Notes under the pieces: generated by a model | The model's input: the letters and a program-made list of their open reading frames with translations, nothing else | Databases searched by the model: none | What the model was told of the DNA's origin: nothing | Position numbers and translations under genes: made by a program | Source: Callorhinchus milii | Lineage: Eukaryota | Reading direction: 5' to 3' | Assembly: GCF_018977255.1 (NCBI RefSeq) | Contig: NW_024704742.1 | Span: 91,328,001-91,392,000 of the forward strand | Length of the DNA: 64,000 nt | Part shown: piece after piece, positions 19,622-33,572 of the stretch | How positions within the stretch are numbered: the stretch's first letter is position 1 | Layout of the letters: the number at the start of each line of letters is the position of its first letter

Positions 19622-22600
19622 AAGCAAAACAGTTTCCGAGACTGAAGTGCTCCTTCATATGTAAGTTTAAAAAAGACACAAGTTCATTACAATGGCTAAC
19701 AGTGCAAAAAACAATCATCAAAAGTGTGAGCTCTCGTACTGTTATCGGTAGAAAAACATAAATGTGGCATCTGATGACAGCGTGAGGCATTGACAGTAAC
19801 AGATTACGAACTAACATTGGCTTTCTTAAGCAGCTTTAATGAAACAGCAGCTACGCCTTTCAATCACACTTTCTTCATGACACGTTTGCATCTTAGCAGA
19901 AGTCAATTTGAGCCATGATAATTTATATAAAGGGTTCAGTAGTGTGTTGAAAGAGTAAGAGTCCCCCCCCTCTGGGGTTAAAATGACAGTCATGACAGGT
20001 TGGAAAGAGCCTCCAACTAATCCATCTAGATCGCTTGCCATTAGAGGGAGTGGAGGTTATCTTCTGTCTCCCTTCCCCCTCTATGAGCATTATTAGATTG
20101 TCATCTGATTGTTCGGAGAAATAGGGCCAGGGAGACGCATTACTCCCTTGTGAATTTAAGAGGAAACACAATCACACAAGAGGATAGAACTCCTCTCCCA
20201 CTCACCCCACCCCCGGCTCATGTCCTGCCAGGATTATAAAAACCCTTCCCTCCCCCCGCCCCCAGATCATATGCTCTGTAAAATGAGGAGTGTATGTAAA
20301 TCACAGACAATGGGGAAGACAAATGGGTGCTGAGAAAAGTAATTGTGAGGATGTGATGGCAGGAAAAGAATGGAAATCAAAGGAAGGCTAAATTAAATGT
20401 GACAAGCAAAAAAAAACTGCTGAAAGAAAAGGAATTGATTTTGCAACTAGCATGAAATTAGATAAAAAGAACTAGGTGAAGAATGAAACATAAAATAAAT
20501 TAACAAGGAAAAGCAGTTAAAGGGTGAAATTCCATTGTTGGTAAAGATACTGATTTGTAATGGGAAAATGCCATTATAAATACACACCACAGAGGTCTAT
20601 AACTTTCCCAACCATGGGAAATAGGAAATAGGAGCCCCTAAATAGGAAACACAACTGGAGATGGTAGTAGTATTTAAACTGTTAACGTTCTATCGTAAGG
20701 TATAAATTGCTGAAATCTTAGTGAGACCTGTTTAGTGAGCAGAGCCTTGGGATGTCCTCCCGACGTGAAAGGCACTATACAAATGTAATCTTGTTGTTGT
20801 TTATACAGTTGCAGAAGTTTTCACATATTCTGTAAAATGAAATTATGATTTTATTATGTTGTATTATGTTAAGAATGAGAATAGAATAGTATTTCATTAT
20901 CTTTTGAAAAGCTACAATTGCTAATCTCAGCAATTCCCTAACTACAAAGCTGTCCAATTTTATGCCACTGTCAATATTGACTTGAGGCTGAAATGCAAAG
21001 GGCTCTTTAACTACCAATAACATTGATGCAAAGGGGTGAGATTTGGCAAGGGTGGAACTCTGATTTACCAATGGAAGCTGGTAATTTGGCTTTTATGACA
21101 ATATACAAGTGTAGTGTCCTGCAGCTCTCACTCACACAGGGCATGCCCATTGAATCCACAACAGAAATTTAAGCTCCTAGCATTTAATAACGCTGTATCT
21201 AACTTCATCAGCGCCAGAGACATTGCACCAAAGAAAATTTCACGTAGCAGTGAAATTTTCCATTTTATCAGGAAATTTACAGACTTGATTGTATTGGAAG
21301 TGCAGGATACCAGGTCTATCCCCTGGGGAGGGGAAGGAGTGGGAGGGGAAATACATCCCATAAGTTCATGCCTTTCCAACTGAGTTTGTCACAAAATTGG
21401 AAACAAATTTATAAAAATTCACCTGAAGTCAGAGATTTCACAACGCATGGTACAAGGAGCATAGCTGGTGTGATCGAGGGAAGCTTCACTATTACTTCTA
21501 AACATTTTTCATGACTCACACGATCACAATAGAGGTTTGGATAAAGAAGGACCTTTAGCCTATTTGATTGGTCATCCATTCATGGCTGTTTGTGGGACAT
21601 TGAGCAAATTAGCTGCCACGTGTAACCACAAAATACATTCTACTTTACAGTAAATCTGGTGAACCACTTTGAGATATCCTCCCAACATGAAAGGTGCTGT
21701 ACCAAATGTAAGAATTTATTAGTATTAAGTAATAATTAGTATTAAGATTATTATCTGACCTCATCCTTCCCCAACACATATCTTGCCATCCTTCCATTTC
21801 AGTATTAAGAGGTTTCTAAAATGTGTCAAGTGTCAACAACAACAAATTACAACATCAACTTGCATTTATATAGTGCCCTTCACGCGGGGTAGTGTCCTGG
21901 AGTGCTTCGTATAAATTACATTTATATAGTGCCTTTCATGTCGGAAGGATGTCCCTTAAGACCTTTTTTGGTAACTGATTGGGAGACTAGTCAAAATATT
22001 CTGATTTTGTTTCTCATTGCTTGAACGAATGGGTGGGGGAGTCTATATACCAAAGCATCATCTTTGTAATTTCAGAAATTAACCAATGCTAGGATTTCAA
22101 ATGACATCTATTTAAACTTCATTGTAAATGCTGGGTAGATACATAGTTTCTGATCTCTGCCCTGAAATTATCCCTTGCGATACAAACCTGTACCTTCATG
22201 TTCGGGCATACCTGAAAGTAAAAAAAAGACAACCTTTTGTTGAGAATTAGATGGTGGTGTTCATTGGTTCACTTGAAAGTAGGAGGAAACTTTGACAAAC
22301 AATTTTGTTTTGCATGTAATATTCTTTATATTATTGGCCCAGAATCAAAATCAGACCACCAATGTGAAGGGTCAAAATTCTACCATGAATCACGAATACT
22401 GGTCCAACTAAAGAAGTAAAAGGATATGTGATATAGGATCTGATAGAGTTAGGGTTTTTCAGTCTTAGAGCATTGAAGAATAATTCTGACTGACTCTTTT
22501 GCAATTCCGTGTGGCATTCTGGATCAACATAGGTGCCAATGAAATAAGTAAGTTGATGGCAGGATGGAATGAATGAGAGCCAGAGAGAAAGTAGGCCTGT

Positions 22601-23036
22601 GTAGGTGTTCCCAATGGAAAACAGAGGCTTTGAGACTTCATTATAATCCACTCTACTGTGCAGAAGTATTTTCATAAAGAGCCTATAACTGCTCAAGTAC
22701 CAGTTTATAAACAGAAAATGACCTGATTTGCAATAGTGCAAAAGTGGAATGCACTGAACCAAGTTCCATAACCAGTCTAGCTGTGTGGTCTATTGAGGGG
22801 TGTGACATGTTTTCCATTTATGGCTAGGTCACTTGCAAGCTAGAAGGAGAACCAGTTAAATTTGTGCAAGTTCCTAGCTGCACTTGAAACAAACCTTCTG
22901 GCGGGGCAACCAAGCAAGAACGTATTGGTGTGTCGCCACAAAGATGTTCTTCGGCTGGAATGTCTTATCCTTCTGGTCATATTAAATGGATACTGCTGAC
23001 TATTTTATCAAAATAAAAATAATAATCCTTGCATTT

Positions 23037-23417
23037 AATAGAGGTGTTCAAAATGATGAGGGGTTTTGATAGAGTGAACAGAGAGAAGCTGTTTCCACTG
23101 GCGAGTGGGTCGGTAACCAGAGGACACAGATCTAAGATAGTTGTCAAAAGAACCAGAGGGGAGGTGAGGAGATATTTTTTCACACAGCGAGCTGTTCAGT
23201 TCTGGAATGCATTGCCTGAAAGGGTGGAAGCAGATTTGATAACAACTTTTAAGAGAGAGGTAGATAGATATTTGGGGAGGACAAATTTGCAAGGCTATGG
23301 GGAGAGCGCGGAGGAGTGGGATTAATTTGGATAGCTCTTTCAAAGAGCCGACACGGACATATTGGACTGAATGGCCTCCTTTTGTGCTGTATAATTCTAT
23401 AATTCTATGATTCTATG
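23037..23417 (+). mobile_element. CR1 3' end inserted in a SINE tail
   Basis: LIEVFKMMRGFDRVNREKLFPL..TRGH..YFFTQRAVQFWNALP and (ATTCTATG)n tail. TSD attt; the SINE tail ataatccttgcattt|gatatagc is split around it. Confidence 0.93.
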
Positions 23418-26400
23418 ATTTGATATAGCATCTTATCATGTCATTGAGATGTCTGAAATCACTTCACAAAATATATTGTAAAGTAAATTGACTGTATTTT
23501 GTGACTATATGAACATTCTTATTAAAAAAATCAAGTATTTTTCTCATTCACTTTGCTCTTGATGTTCAAGGGGGAAATCTGCCCTAAAATATATAATAAT
23601 TTCTTAATATGAGTTAGGCTTCAAGTTTTATTTTCCAGCTTGTTGCTTGAAGTGTGACCTTGATTGTAAATCATAATGCTGGATAAAAAGTTTTCAGTTT
23701 TATTTTGACCATATTGGTTATGAAAATTAAAAGTAGTCAGTTAATTGGCGCAAGATGCAAAAAAAACACTTATCAAAGAGATATCTGCTCGGCTGTTCAG
23801 CTCCAAACTCCCACTCACTTGCTGTATATAAATGTTAAGGTGGCCTTTGCATGGAAAATGTATAAAAGACCTAGCATGTTCTGTTTGAGTCCAGTCATAA
23901 ATTTCTATTTTTGTTTCTTGTTGCTCGAAAGAATGGGTTAAAAAAAAGTCTGTATGCCAAAACATCATCTTTGCTATCTTAGAAATTAACAAGCACTAGG
24001 ATTTCAAAGGAGACCTATTTAAAATTCATCGTAAATTGGTGGGAGGACAAAGTTCACAATGCATAGAATTCACAGCCACTTTCCCTCCCACTTTGTTGTA
24101 TGCCTGTAAAGATTCCAGCATACGTCTATTTTTCATGACAACAAGGGCATCTAAAATTCAAATTTTCTTCATTCAGATATGGCTATGTGGATTTCTGCAG
24201 TATTTAGTTACCTACATTGGCATTGAATTTCTGTAAACTATGGTATTTGTTTGTATTGCCTATTGCCATTCAGAAGAATACATATTGGGATGCAATACTG
24301 AACAGGAATGGCTTCCACTCAATCAATATGCTGGTGCTCTGCAATCCACAATAAATTATTTTACATCTAATTGTACAATATCCTGGATCTACATCAAAGG
24401 CCGTTCCACCAGCTTAAATTTCAAATTAAAAGAATCTTTTTGCCTCAAATAGATCCAAGTTGGCGGCAATCAATCCCAAAAAAACAGACCAGAGAAATTA
24501 CTCTTAGGAAGTCAATGGGGTGATCTGCCCTAAGATGGTCATTTAATGTTAACTAGCAAACGATTACAAATTCTGCCTTAGTGATAAGTGCCAGTGATAA
24601 CTTTCACATTGAATAGTAATCGCATTGAGCTGCTAATTTCACCCGATAGTTTAAGACTCAATTGGACACTTCAAATAGGAGTACTTCATAGGTTGCATCA
24701 ATATACTCCTAAATGATCAGTGCTGTGACTTAATAGTTCAGATGGTGTGCGGGAGAAAGGAAGAAATTTTAGAATACAGGTCAGCAAAGGACTTTATATT
24801 TTATTGTGGTCTACTGCTGTCTACTCCGTAGTCACATTATCATTAACATTGACGGTTTAAAGTATCATGTTAGGGTCTGCTGATTGTTTAAGCAGAAACT
24901 CTACTGTCTCAGGGCTTTAAATCACTTTTCATTTTTGTAACTTCCATATGTACTGGTTTAATTTGTGTCTTCAAGGAAAAAAGAACAATCCATATTAGAA
25001 TCCTTTTAAAAACAACTGGTCACCCAATCCAAGACTGTTTGTGAGACACTTCTGTGTGTAATTGGCTGCCGCGTTTCGCTCACAAAATATACAGTCAATT
25101 CACTTTACAGTATATTCTGTGAAGTGCTTTGAGACATCCCAAAGATGTGAAAAGGCACTATATCAATAGGAAATGTGGTAGTTAGGAGAGGAAATTAGGG
25201 TCAATCTGGTAGCCACCCAGTTCAGTTTAGACAATATCCAGTGTCAAAGCAAAACACCATAAAGCAGTATGCCTGATACCAGGTTACATATCCCAACCAT
25301 GCTCTCCCACAAAACATTACATGGGTTTTTACATAGTAATTTCTGGATGCAGTAAAGGAGCAGGGTGGATGAGCTGACTGGTGTGCTTTACTCCATTATT
25401 ATTTTGCTCTGTTGTTTAATTAAGCTTCACAAAGAATGACAATCACAAGCTTGCTCAAAGGAAACTGTGGAGTTCCCATGTATTTGGCTCACAAGACCAA
25501 CGCTTCCATTAAACGTCCTAAGAGCCAGAACTCCGAAAGCAACCCTTTAAGAGACTTGAGGGAAACAGAAGGTAAGCTTTTTTTGCAATAAAGTTGTTTG
25601 GTCCCAACTTTTCCATTAATGGATGTTATAAGATGAGTCATAACTTTTAAAAGAGTGCAGTTGCAGTTACAGAGTACATTTCTTCCAAACCACAATGGTT
25701 TAAAGGTTGGGCTATCAATCCCCACACAGTGAGTGCCCACTCTCATCACTGATATCTGGGCAATGCACTAAGTGGATGCATCTCCCAACAGCCAGCTCAC
25801 ATGCAACACTGGAAGAGCTCAGGTACTCTCTCAGCCATAGAAATGTATGTAACAGAAAACAGGAAAAATAAAGTTGGGACAACAGAAGAAGTAAATACAT
25901 GAAACAATGTTGTCTAGAGTGACACAGAACCACACAATAATCTGGAAAATTCCATCATTATTCCATAGGCTTTCTCTTATGGTGACATTCGTGGCACAAG
26001 AATTGGCCTAAGCCCTGCTGAGCTAGAGATGGAAACTTCAGTCAGGTTCAGTCTGCTTCTGGTTACCCTTCAATATTCATCTTCTGGAACATATTTGTGC
26101 AGATGCTGGGTGAGGAAGGAAGCAGGCTCAAATGTAACGCTGCCCATAGTTTGAACAGACCCCAAAGTTAACTAACTAAACTCACATGACAACAATTTGC
26201 ATTTATATAACCCTCCTTAATGTCTCAGCGCACTGTGCAATGGCAGGGTTGGTTGCCAACCAATGGAGTAGGAGGAGGGGAAAGCGACCATATTTGTAAT
26301 AATTTAATAAGAACAAACAAACACCAAATTTTGCATTTATGTAATTGCATTCATGTTGGCAGGACATCCCAACGTGATGGACAGTCAAGGGTTTGCACCC

Positions 26401-29400
26401 GAGCTGGGGTTTGAATTTGGGGGTTGGGAGTGATGTCCGAAGGTGCGGACAGAGAAGAGAATTTCTTCATACATGAAGGTAACTGAGCACTACAAGGGCT
26501 CATCGAAGTGTGCCCAACTGGAGACAGCATCTTCAGGAGAGGCGAGGACAAAATTAGGTGGAAGAGTAAAACAAAACTGATTTAAAAGAGCACTGTTTTG
26601 GTGAGAAAGTGTTTCGCGCACTTTGTCTCAAAACAGATGATGTAATACCATAAAAGATGTAATCATATCACTAACATGTGACCCCATCATAACAAAAGTG
26701 ACATACAGCTCTTCTCTCTCAGCAAAAAGGAGCGTGCGAAACATTTATACATCGAGTTATTGTCCTTTTAATCAGCACTGAAACCATTCCTTGTTTTGTT
26801 ACCTTGATTTCAATGCACTCACAACCCGCAGACCATCAATCACAGAAAACAAAACATAAAGTACTGTTTGCTTCGTTAGACATCATTAGAAAACACTGAT
26901 GGAAAATTCCACTGTTGAACAGTCAAACTCAACTGCGGAAACCTTATTAAAGGGGTTGTGATGTGCTACAAAATCCATTAGGAACTAAGTCTCCTTTGAA
27001 TACACAATGGCACAAATAAGTGTTTTAAAATGAAACCATAGCAACAGTCGCCTTTATAATCCTTTTGTAAGCCATGTCTTGTGGTATTGTTAAATGCCTT
27101 ACATTGGCACATTGTACTCTGAACAGTGGAATCATGCCTACTTTCTACCACCTAGTGTCCTGAATTCCCAACACACACTATAAATTATGGTGCTACATCT
27201 TAACATAACAATTTTGCCCACAAATATACGGTCAATTCACTTTACAGTATATTCTGTGAAGCGCTTTGAGATGTTGAGAAGACGTGAAAAAGTGCTATAT
27301 CAAATGCAAGGATTATTATTATTACAATAGGTGGTCTATGAACCTAGCAATATTAGAAAGAAAGAAAATACTGAACCACCAGATGGGTGACGAGGCAAAG
27401 TTTCCCCTTTTTTAATGTTTAATGATACCTGTTTATACTGTTGCAGAAGCTTTCACAAAATCTGTAAGGTGAAATGATGAAAAAAACATTTTAATTTGTG
27501 ATGTGACTTTTTTTAACTGAAAGGGTTTTGTAAGGATGATGTAATCTTTTTAAACAAAAAGAATTTTGTAAGGTTGAACAATAGTTCATGGAAGTGGTGC
27601 TTTTCATGGGATCCCATTTTCTACAATTACACAGAAGGACTAACCATCAAAGATTTGCCTGGTGCTGGTCTTAATGGAGAGAATACAACGTCAATTTACA
27701 TCATATAGTCCTTTCACGTCAGCAGGATGTTTCAAAGTGCCTGAAGCATTTGTAATATATGTCCCAACACTACTTGAGGATATGCTTCTCCACTGGAGAG
27801 TCCTATTTCTAATGTTAATGCCAATTACCTCCAGCCCTTTGTCTTGCAGACTCAGTCATGCTCTGCAATCATCCCTACAGTCCATCTGGGGCTGCTGGAG
27901 TGTGCCCAGGCACTGAATCACCCATTTCATTTTGTTACAATTTGAATATTAATGAGGTTAACTTAATGTGTGTTTGTGCCTGAGCACCAGAATTTCATTA
28001 GTTCCCTCTCATAACACATAAAAACACAAATGTTATTGGCAACCCTGAGACAAAAGAGAAACCAATTAATGCCGAAAAAGCATTAACTTGGCCCATCTTT
28101 TTGAATGTCTGACCTGGATGTTAGTGGTTTTGATATTTTATAGAAATAGAGTAAAATTAGTGGTGTTTTGTGGCGTGTTTGATGTGATATTTATCATGCC
28201 AAACACATAATCATAGAATCATACAGCTCAGAAGGAGGTCATTCGGCCCATCATGTCTGTGTCGGGTCTTTGAAAAGAGCTATTCAAATCAATCCTGACT
28301 GATTTTTCCTGTCCTAACTAATTGCAATGTCCCACTGGCATCCTGGTTGAGATTCACTACCACTGTCTCAGTTAAATTGCAATTGCCCATCGAGTTTTCA
28401 CTCTTGGCCCGATTGTCCGTAAATTTACCGACCTGTGGGGAGTGACCCTTTCACGGGATTTTCTCTTCTGTGTAAAGGGATTTCTATTAGGAATCTACAG
28501 TGCAGAAGGAAGTAATTCAGCCTATCAAGCCTCTTAGAGCAAGGAGATTGCTTAAATCCTACCACCCTGCCTTATCCCCATACCCCTTCAAGCCCCTCTC
28601 TTTCATACTTCCCTAATGAACGCTACAATGGTCTCCACCTTCACCACACTACTCAGCAGGGAATTCCACACCCCAGCTACTCTCTGGGTGAGATTAATTC
28701 AATGGCCTTTTAAGTGACATAAATCTAAAATGAATTACAATGTGAAGCAGTTTAGAAGCTTCTGTGGCAATTACAAAGAGTCAGCAAGGAGAATTAAAAC
28801 ACAAATTTAAAAAAAGTGAGGGGCGGAAAGTACTTACACTGCAAATTCCTGAAAGTGCAGATGAGTATAAATGAAAAATGTGTTTCACTCTGGTGTGGGA
28901 AAATATTTTATTTGAAAAGAATTTATTATACCTAAAGTACCATGTCACTGTGACACAGGCCTCAGATTGCAGAAACCTGCCTTTAAAAGCTATTTCTTAT
29001 AGGCTGAATGTTAGACACGAAGCAACTGGCAGACTCTCTTTCATTGTCTCTCATCTTATAAGTAGGTTCAAAGTGGTCAATGACTTTGTCAGCTGTTGTG
29101 AATAAGGAATTTTTTAAAAATCATATATAGATCACGGGTATATTATGTTGGGAATGAAGCTTGAACATATTAAAAACAAAGTGCCAGCACTTTATAAAAA
29201 AATACATGTTTATTTATGGAGTTCTCTGTATAGTATGACTAGAGCATTTCATCCACCTCGCAAGTTACAGAGTGGTGCTGTTCAGCCAATACAGTACAAG
29301 GTAGTTCCACAGCCTGTGTACGAGATACCTGGGAGACCATATTCTCAAAGAGGAGAAGACTATCTGGAAAAAAAAAGCCGTAAAAGTATGGCACAGTGCT

Positions 29401-30519
29401 TGTGAGCTATCTGGCTGACTCTTTGTTTCGCTCTTTGATTTTAAATATTTATTGCCCCCTGACTCGTCAGTCTTGCCTTTTCTTTTCTTCTGCCTGCCAG
29501 TATGTCTCTGCTTCAGAACTCTCACAGAATTATCTGCTGCTCTTATCTAGCGTGTGGCTGCAGGATTGCTTTTAGTCTCATAGCTCCATCCCTCTATATT
29601 GACTCAGTATTTCACTTTCATTTCTTTTCATTTCACTCCTCTTCATAGCTTGTGATAATAACAATCCTTGCACTTACAAAATATTTTAAGGCACCATGTA
29701 AGAAATTGCTGTCAAGTGTAGTGACTTTGTATTTGTAGGTAAAATTTTGGAGCAAATTTGCGGACAGATTGTACACAAAATAATCGCGAAGTAGCCAATT
29801 ATCTGAAGGATTGTTGGACAGGGAATTGGGAAAAAACTCCTTTCTCTTTTTGAATCGTGTCACGGGATCTTTAACACCCACTTGATCAGCCAGATGGGGC
29901 CTCGGGTTAAATGCAGAGCTGCTGAACTCATTTGGCCTTTGAAGCTGGATATGCAGTTAAGCAAGAACCATGGGTTCAGTTAGATTGGTTTCATGCAAAA
30001 TAACAATTTGCTTTTGTGTCACACCCTTCACGTAGAATAATGTCTCGGAATCTTTACAATGGCAGGGATTGATGCTGAGAGGAAGGGGCGGATAGGGAAG
30101 GTCAAAAAGGTAGGTGTTAAGGTGGGACTTGAATACAGAATGGAATCAAATAGAGGGGTCGAGGGAGGGAGTTTCAGAGGTTAGGGCTGTAGAATCAGAA
30201 AACTTGGCCACCGATGGTGGTGTTTGTAAGGTGGTGGATATGCTGCACCACCGCTAACATCACTTTGTGTGAAATCAGCAGCTGACGGTGCCACTTTCTG
30301 TGAAAATGGCCACCGCTGACATCATTTCCTGCGTGTTTGATCGCCCGTGCTGAGCTCACGTTTAGGGTGAGTTGAGTTTCAATGTGGATCAGAAGGAAGA
30401 CCATGAGAACAGTTCATCACACAAGTAAGTACGCACTCCCAAACATGGTACCACTCTTGCTGCATTGAGGCGTATGTTTGGGAAATATGCGACTGGGAAA
30501 TTTTCAGACATCAGCTTAT

Positions 30520-30905
30520 CCCAGTTGGTAGCATTCCCACCTCTGAGTCACGAGGCTGTGAGTTCAAGCCCCACTTTGATCCAGCTTGTCAGTCCAGTGC
30601 AGTGCTGGGGGAGTGCTGAATTGTCAGAGGTGCCAACCTATGGATGAAGACTCCATTTGCCTGTTCAGATGGATGTTGAAGATCTCATGGCATTATTCTA
30701 AATGAAAGGAGTTTCCTCCAGTATTCTGGCCAACAATCTCCCAGATAAAAGTATTCATTCACAACAAGGCTGTTTGTGAGACATTGCTACGTGCAAATTG
30801 GCTGCAGTATTTGTCTACAAGTACACAATCACTACTTTTTGCAGTAAATCTTATGAAGCGCTTTGAGATGTGTTGGTAATATATCAGAAGCAAGGATGAT
30901 GATTC
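30520..30905 (+). mobile_element. Deu-domain SINE, near full length
   Basis: tRNA-like head (gagttcaagcccc), Deu core (ggatg...ctgttcagatggatgttgaagatctcatggcattattc...ggagtttcc) and shared tail. Confidence 0.75.
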
Positions 30906-33258
30906 AAAAACGTTGGCAGATCAATGGCAGAGAATTTGTTTCTAGTTGCACATTGTCCACTTCCACAGTAAAACGAGTTGCAAACAAAGCAGATTCTCTT
31001 TTTGCTTTAAAATCTTGAAAGCAAGATTTTAAAACGGCTCAAAAATGGCAGCTGTTTGCAAAGTGTTGCATAGCATCCAGAAGAAAGACAGGAAATGTGT
31101 TGATGGAAGTAGTGATTGTTGGAAAGGAGCCATATTGCTTTCTTGCAGTTGTCTCTCACTTGATTGAAGTTTAAATTGAAAAATGCACACATGATCAGAC
31201 AAATACATTTTTCCCTTAAAGCTGCATATTCTGATAATTCAAGTGCTTGCTCATATCCACCAGAAATTCTAGATTGTATAAACAATTTCATTCTGACAAT
31301 TTGGGTTCATCATGATGTGTTAAATTCATACATTTTCTATCTTGCTTTTTGTGTGTATTAATGTCACAAAATTGTACCAGGTTTGACCAGAAAATGTCTG
31401 ACTACAACAACAACAAAATTACATTTTTATAGCACCTTTCACATTGGGAGGACGTTCCAAGGTGCTGAACAGACAAAGATACGGACCCAAGCTGAGGGTC
31501 GGGATGTGGAAGGGTGGAGGGCAGTGGGGGAAGCAGGGAGATCGAGTAATATAGTAGTTCTCCATATTGACTGTCCAGTTTTTTCAGAAGGCTGGTATTC
31601 AATCCTTTAACATGGCTGAAGTTTAGAATGAAATCTATCACAATTTCCTCTTCATCATTCTCCCACAGAGATGTTGATATTGAATTATACAGAGGTAAGA
31701 TGTGAATTTTGATGCTGAGTTTTCAGTTGGTAACTCAATTTTCACTCTGGCAACTACTGTTGATTCTTGTTGACCATTGCTGGTTCTACAACTGTAGCAA
31801 GAGAAACAAATAAGTCCCATTTCCAATCACCTCTAAACATTCATTCAACTCATTCCAAGAAGATCTGTTCCTGTTGTCCAATGGAACAAATTCAAACAAC
31901 TATTTTTTGATGCAGATATCATCGCAGCACCTTTGAATAGATATAGGTAGCTGGGAGATATCTTTTTACAACTGGATTTTTGTTATAACAATTGGGTAGG
32001 CAACAAAGCTGGTTTTATCACTCAACTGTTTCTAGAAATCTTCAGCAAGTTGATCAATTCAAGCTGCATCAGACTGTGAGACAGACTAACACTACATTCG
32101 TTACACTTTACACTAAGTCCTCTTTTGTGCTTTGAGATGTCCCCTCAGCTTGAAAGGTGCTATATTTAATGCAATAATTATTACTATTATTAACTATTAA
32201 ATTGTTGTTTCTCTTCTAGACACGCAATGTCAAGTTAAAACAGTGCCTGTGAATCTTATTTTCAACCCAAAGTAGTGTCTGGGGGAAAGTATTCACGTTG
32301 TGTACGTCATTGTAAATACCAACACCATCCTACATTTCACATCATTTAAAAATTGCAGATTTAGACATCTAATAAAAGTAGGACAACCAACAAATTTCCT
32401 TATTGCAAATATAATAGAGGGATGATTACCTTCCCTAATTTGAACTAAACGATTGCAGATATACAAACAATGCAGATAATTGGACATCACCTGAAATACA
32501 AATTAGTTACAGTGCCGACTAAAAAATAATTCCATCAGAAGATATATTCTCACTTTAGTAACATAATGTGCCAGCTCTTCTTGTTACTCTCTCTTTTGCT
32601 CTCTTTCTCTGTAACTCTCTGCCTCTGTCACTCAGACATCTCTTTTGAGACACAGGTCATAGAAAACAAAGTCTGCACTGGGACTGACAAGACTGCGATG
32701 AGGGTCGGATCCAGCCTTTTGGCTGCCTATTTCACACCCTCAGTTTTAACGTGTCATCCAAAACATGACATCTCCAACAATGCAACAGTTTCCCAGGACT
32801 GCAGTGGAGCATCAGCTGCCCTAAACTGTGAGTCTCAATGTGGGGCTTGAACCTACAAACTTCTGAGAGAGCTACCAGAGCCAATACTGTGTCTGCCCTC
32901 TCTGTGTAATCCTTGCTGTCTGTGCCAGCAGATGCTCTGATGTCCCAGATATCAAACTCAGCAGAACAGCGTCTCTAAATCAGCATTGTAAACCAAGTAA
33001 GACAGATGATAAGTATAGAATGTGCATGCTAATGCCTTGAAAGATTTCTGTTGCGACAGATTTTTAATTCCAGATTATCCTTTGTTTAGACATTGTAGGG
33101 GAATTGTGAGAAATACTGGACTAGCAGTTGAATGATAATGTTAACACATAAAATAATCCATATTTCAAGTCTTAATTATTATTGATGGAATTTCAAACCC
33201 ACTTAAAATTGATTATTCACTTCATGGGTGTTTGTGGGACATTTCTGTGTTTGTGTAC

Positions 33259-33572
33259 AAACAACAACAACAATCCATTTATAGAGCGCCTTTCACGTCG
33301 GGAGGACGTCCCAAGGCGCTGTACAGTTGGGTCAGGACCCGAGCAGGGGGGAAATGGTCAGGGTGAGGGGAGGGAGTGAGGAGGGGGTAGAGAGTCGAGA
33401 GGGGAGCTGAAGGCACGGTCAAAGAGAAAGGTCTTGAGACCGGCCTTGAAGGAGGAAAGGGAGGAGGCGGCGAAGGCACTGGGGGATAGAGTTCCAGAGC
33501 CTAGGGGCTGAGAGGCTGAAGGCCCGGCCACCGATGGTAGGGCGGTTGGGGTGGGGGATGTGGAGCAGACCG
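33259..33572 (-). mobile_element. Young L2 3' end (same subfamily as 5542-6268), inserted in a SINE remnant
   Basis: Nearly identical to the 3' portion of 5542-6268 apart from that copy's tandem duplication. Confidence 0.93.
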
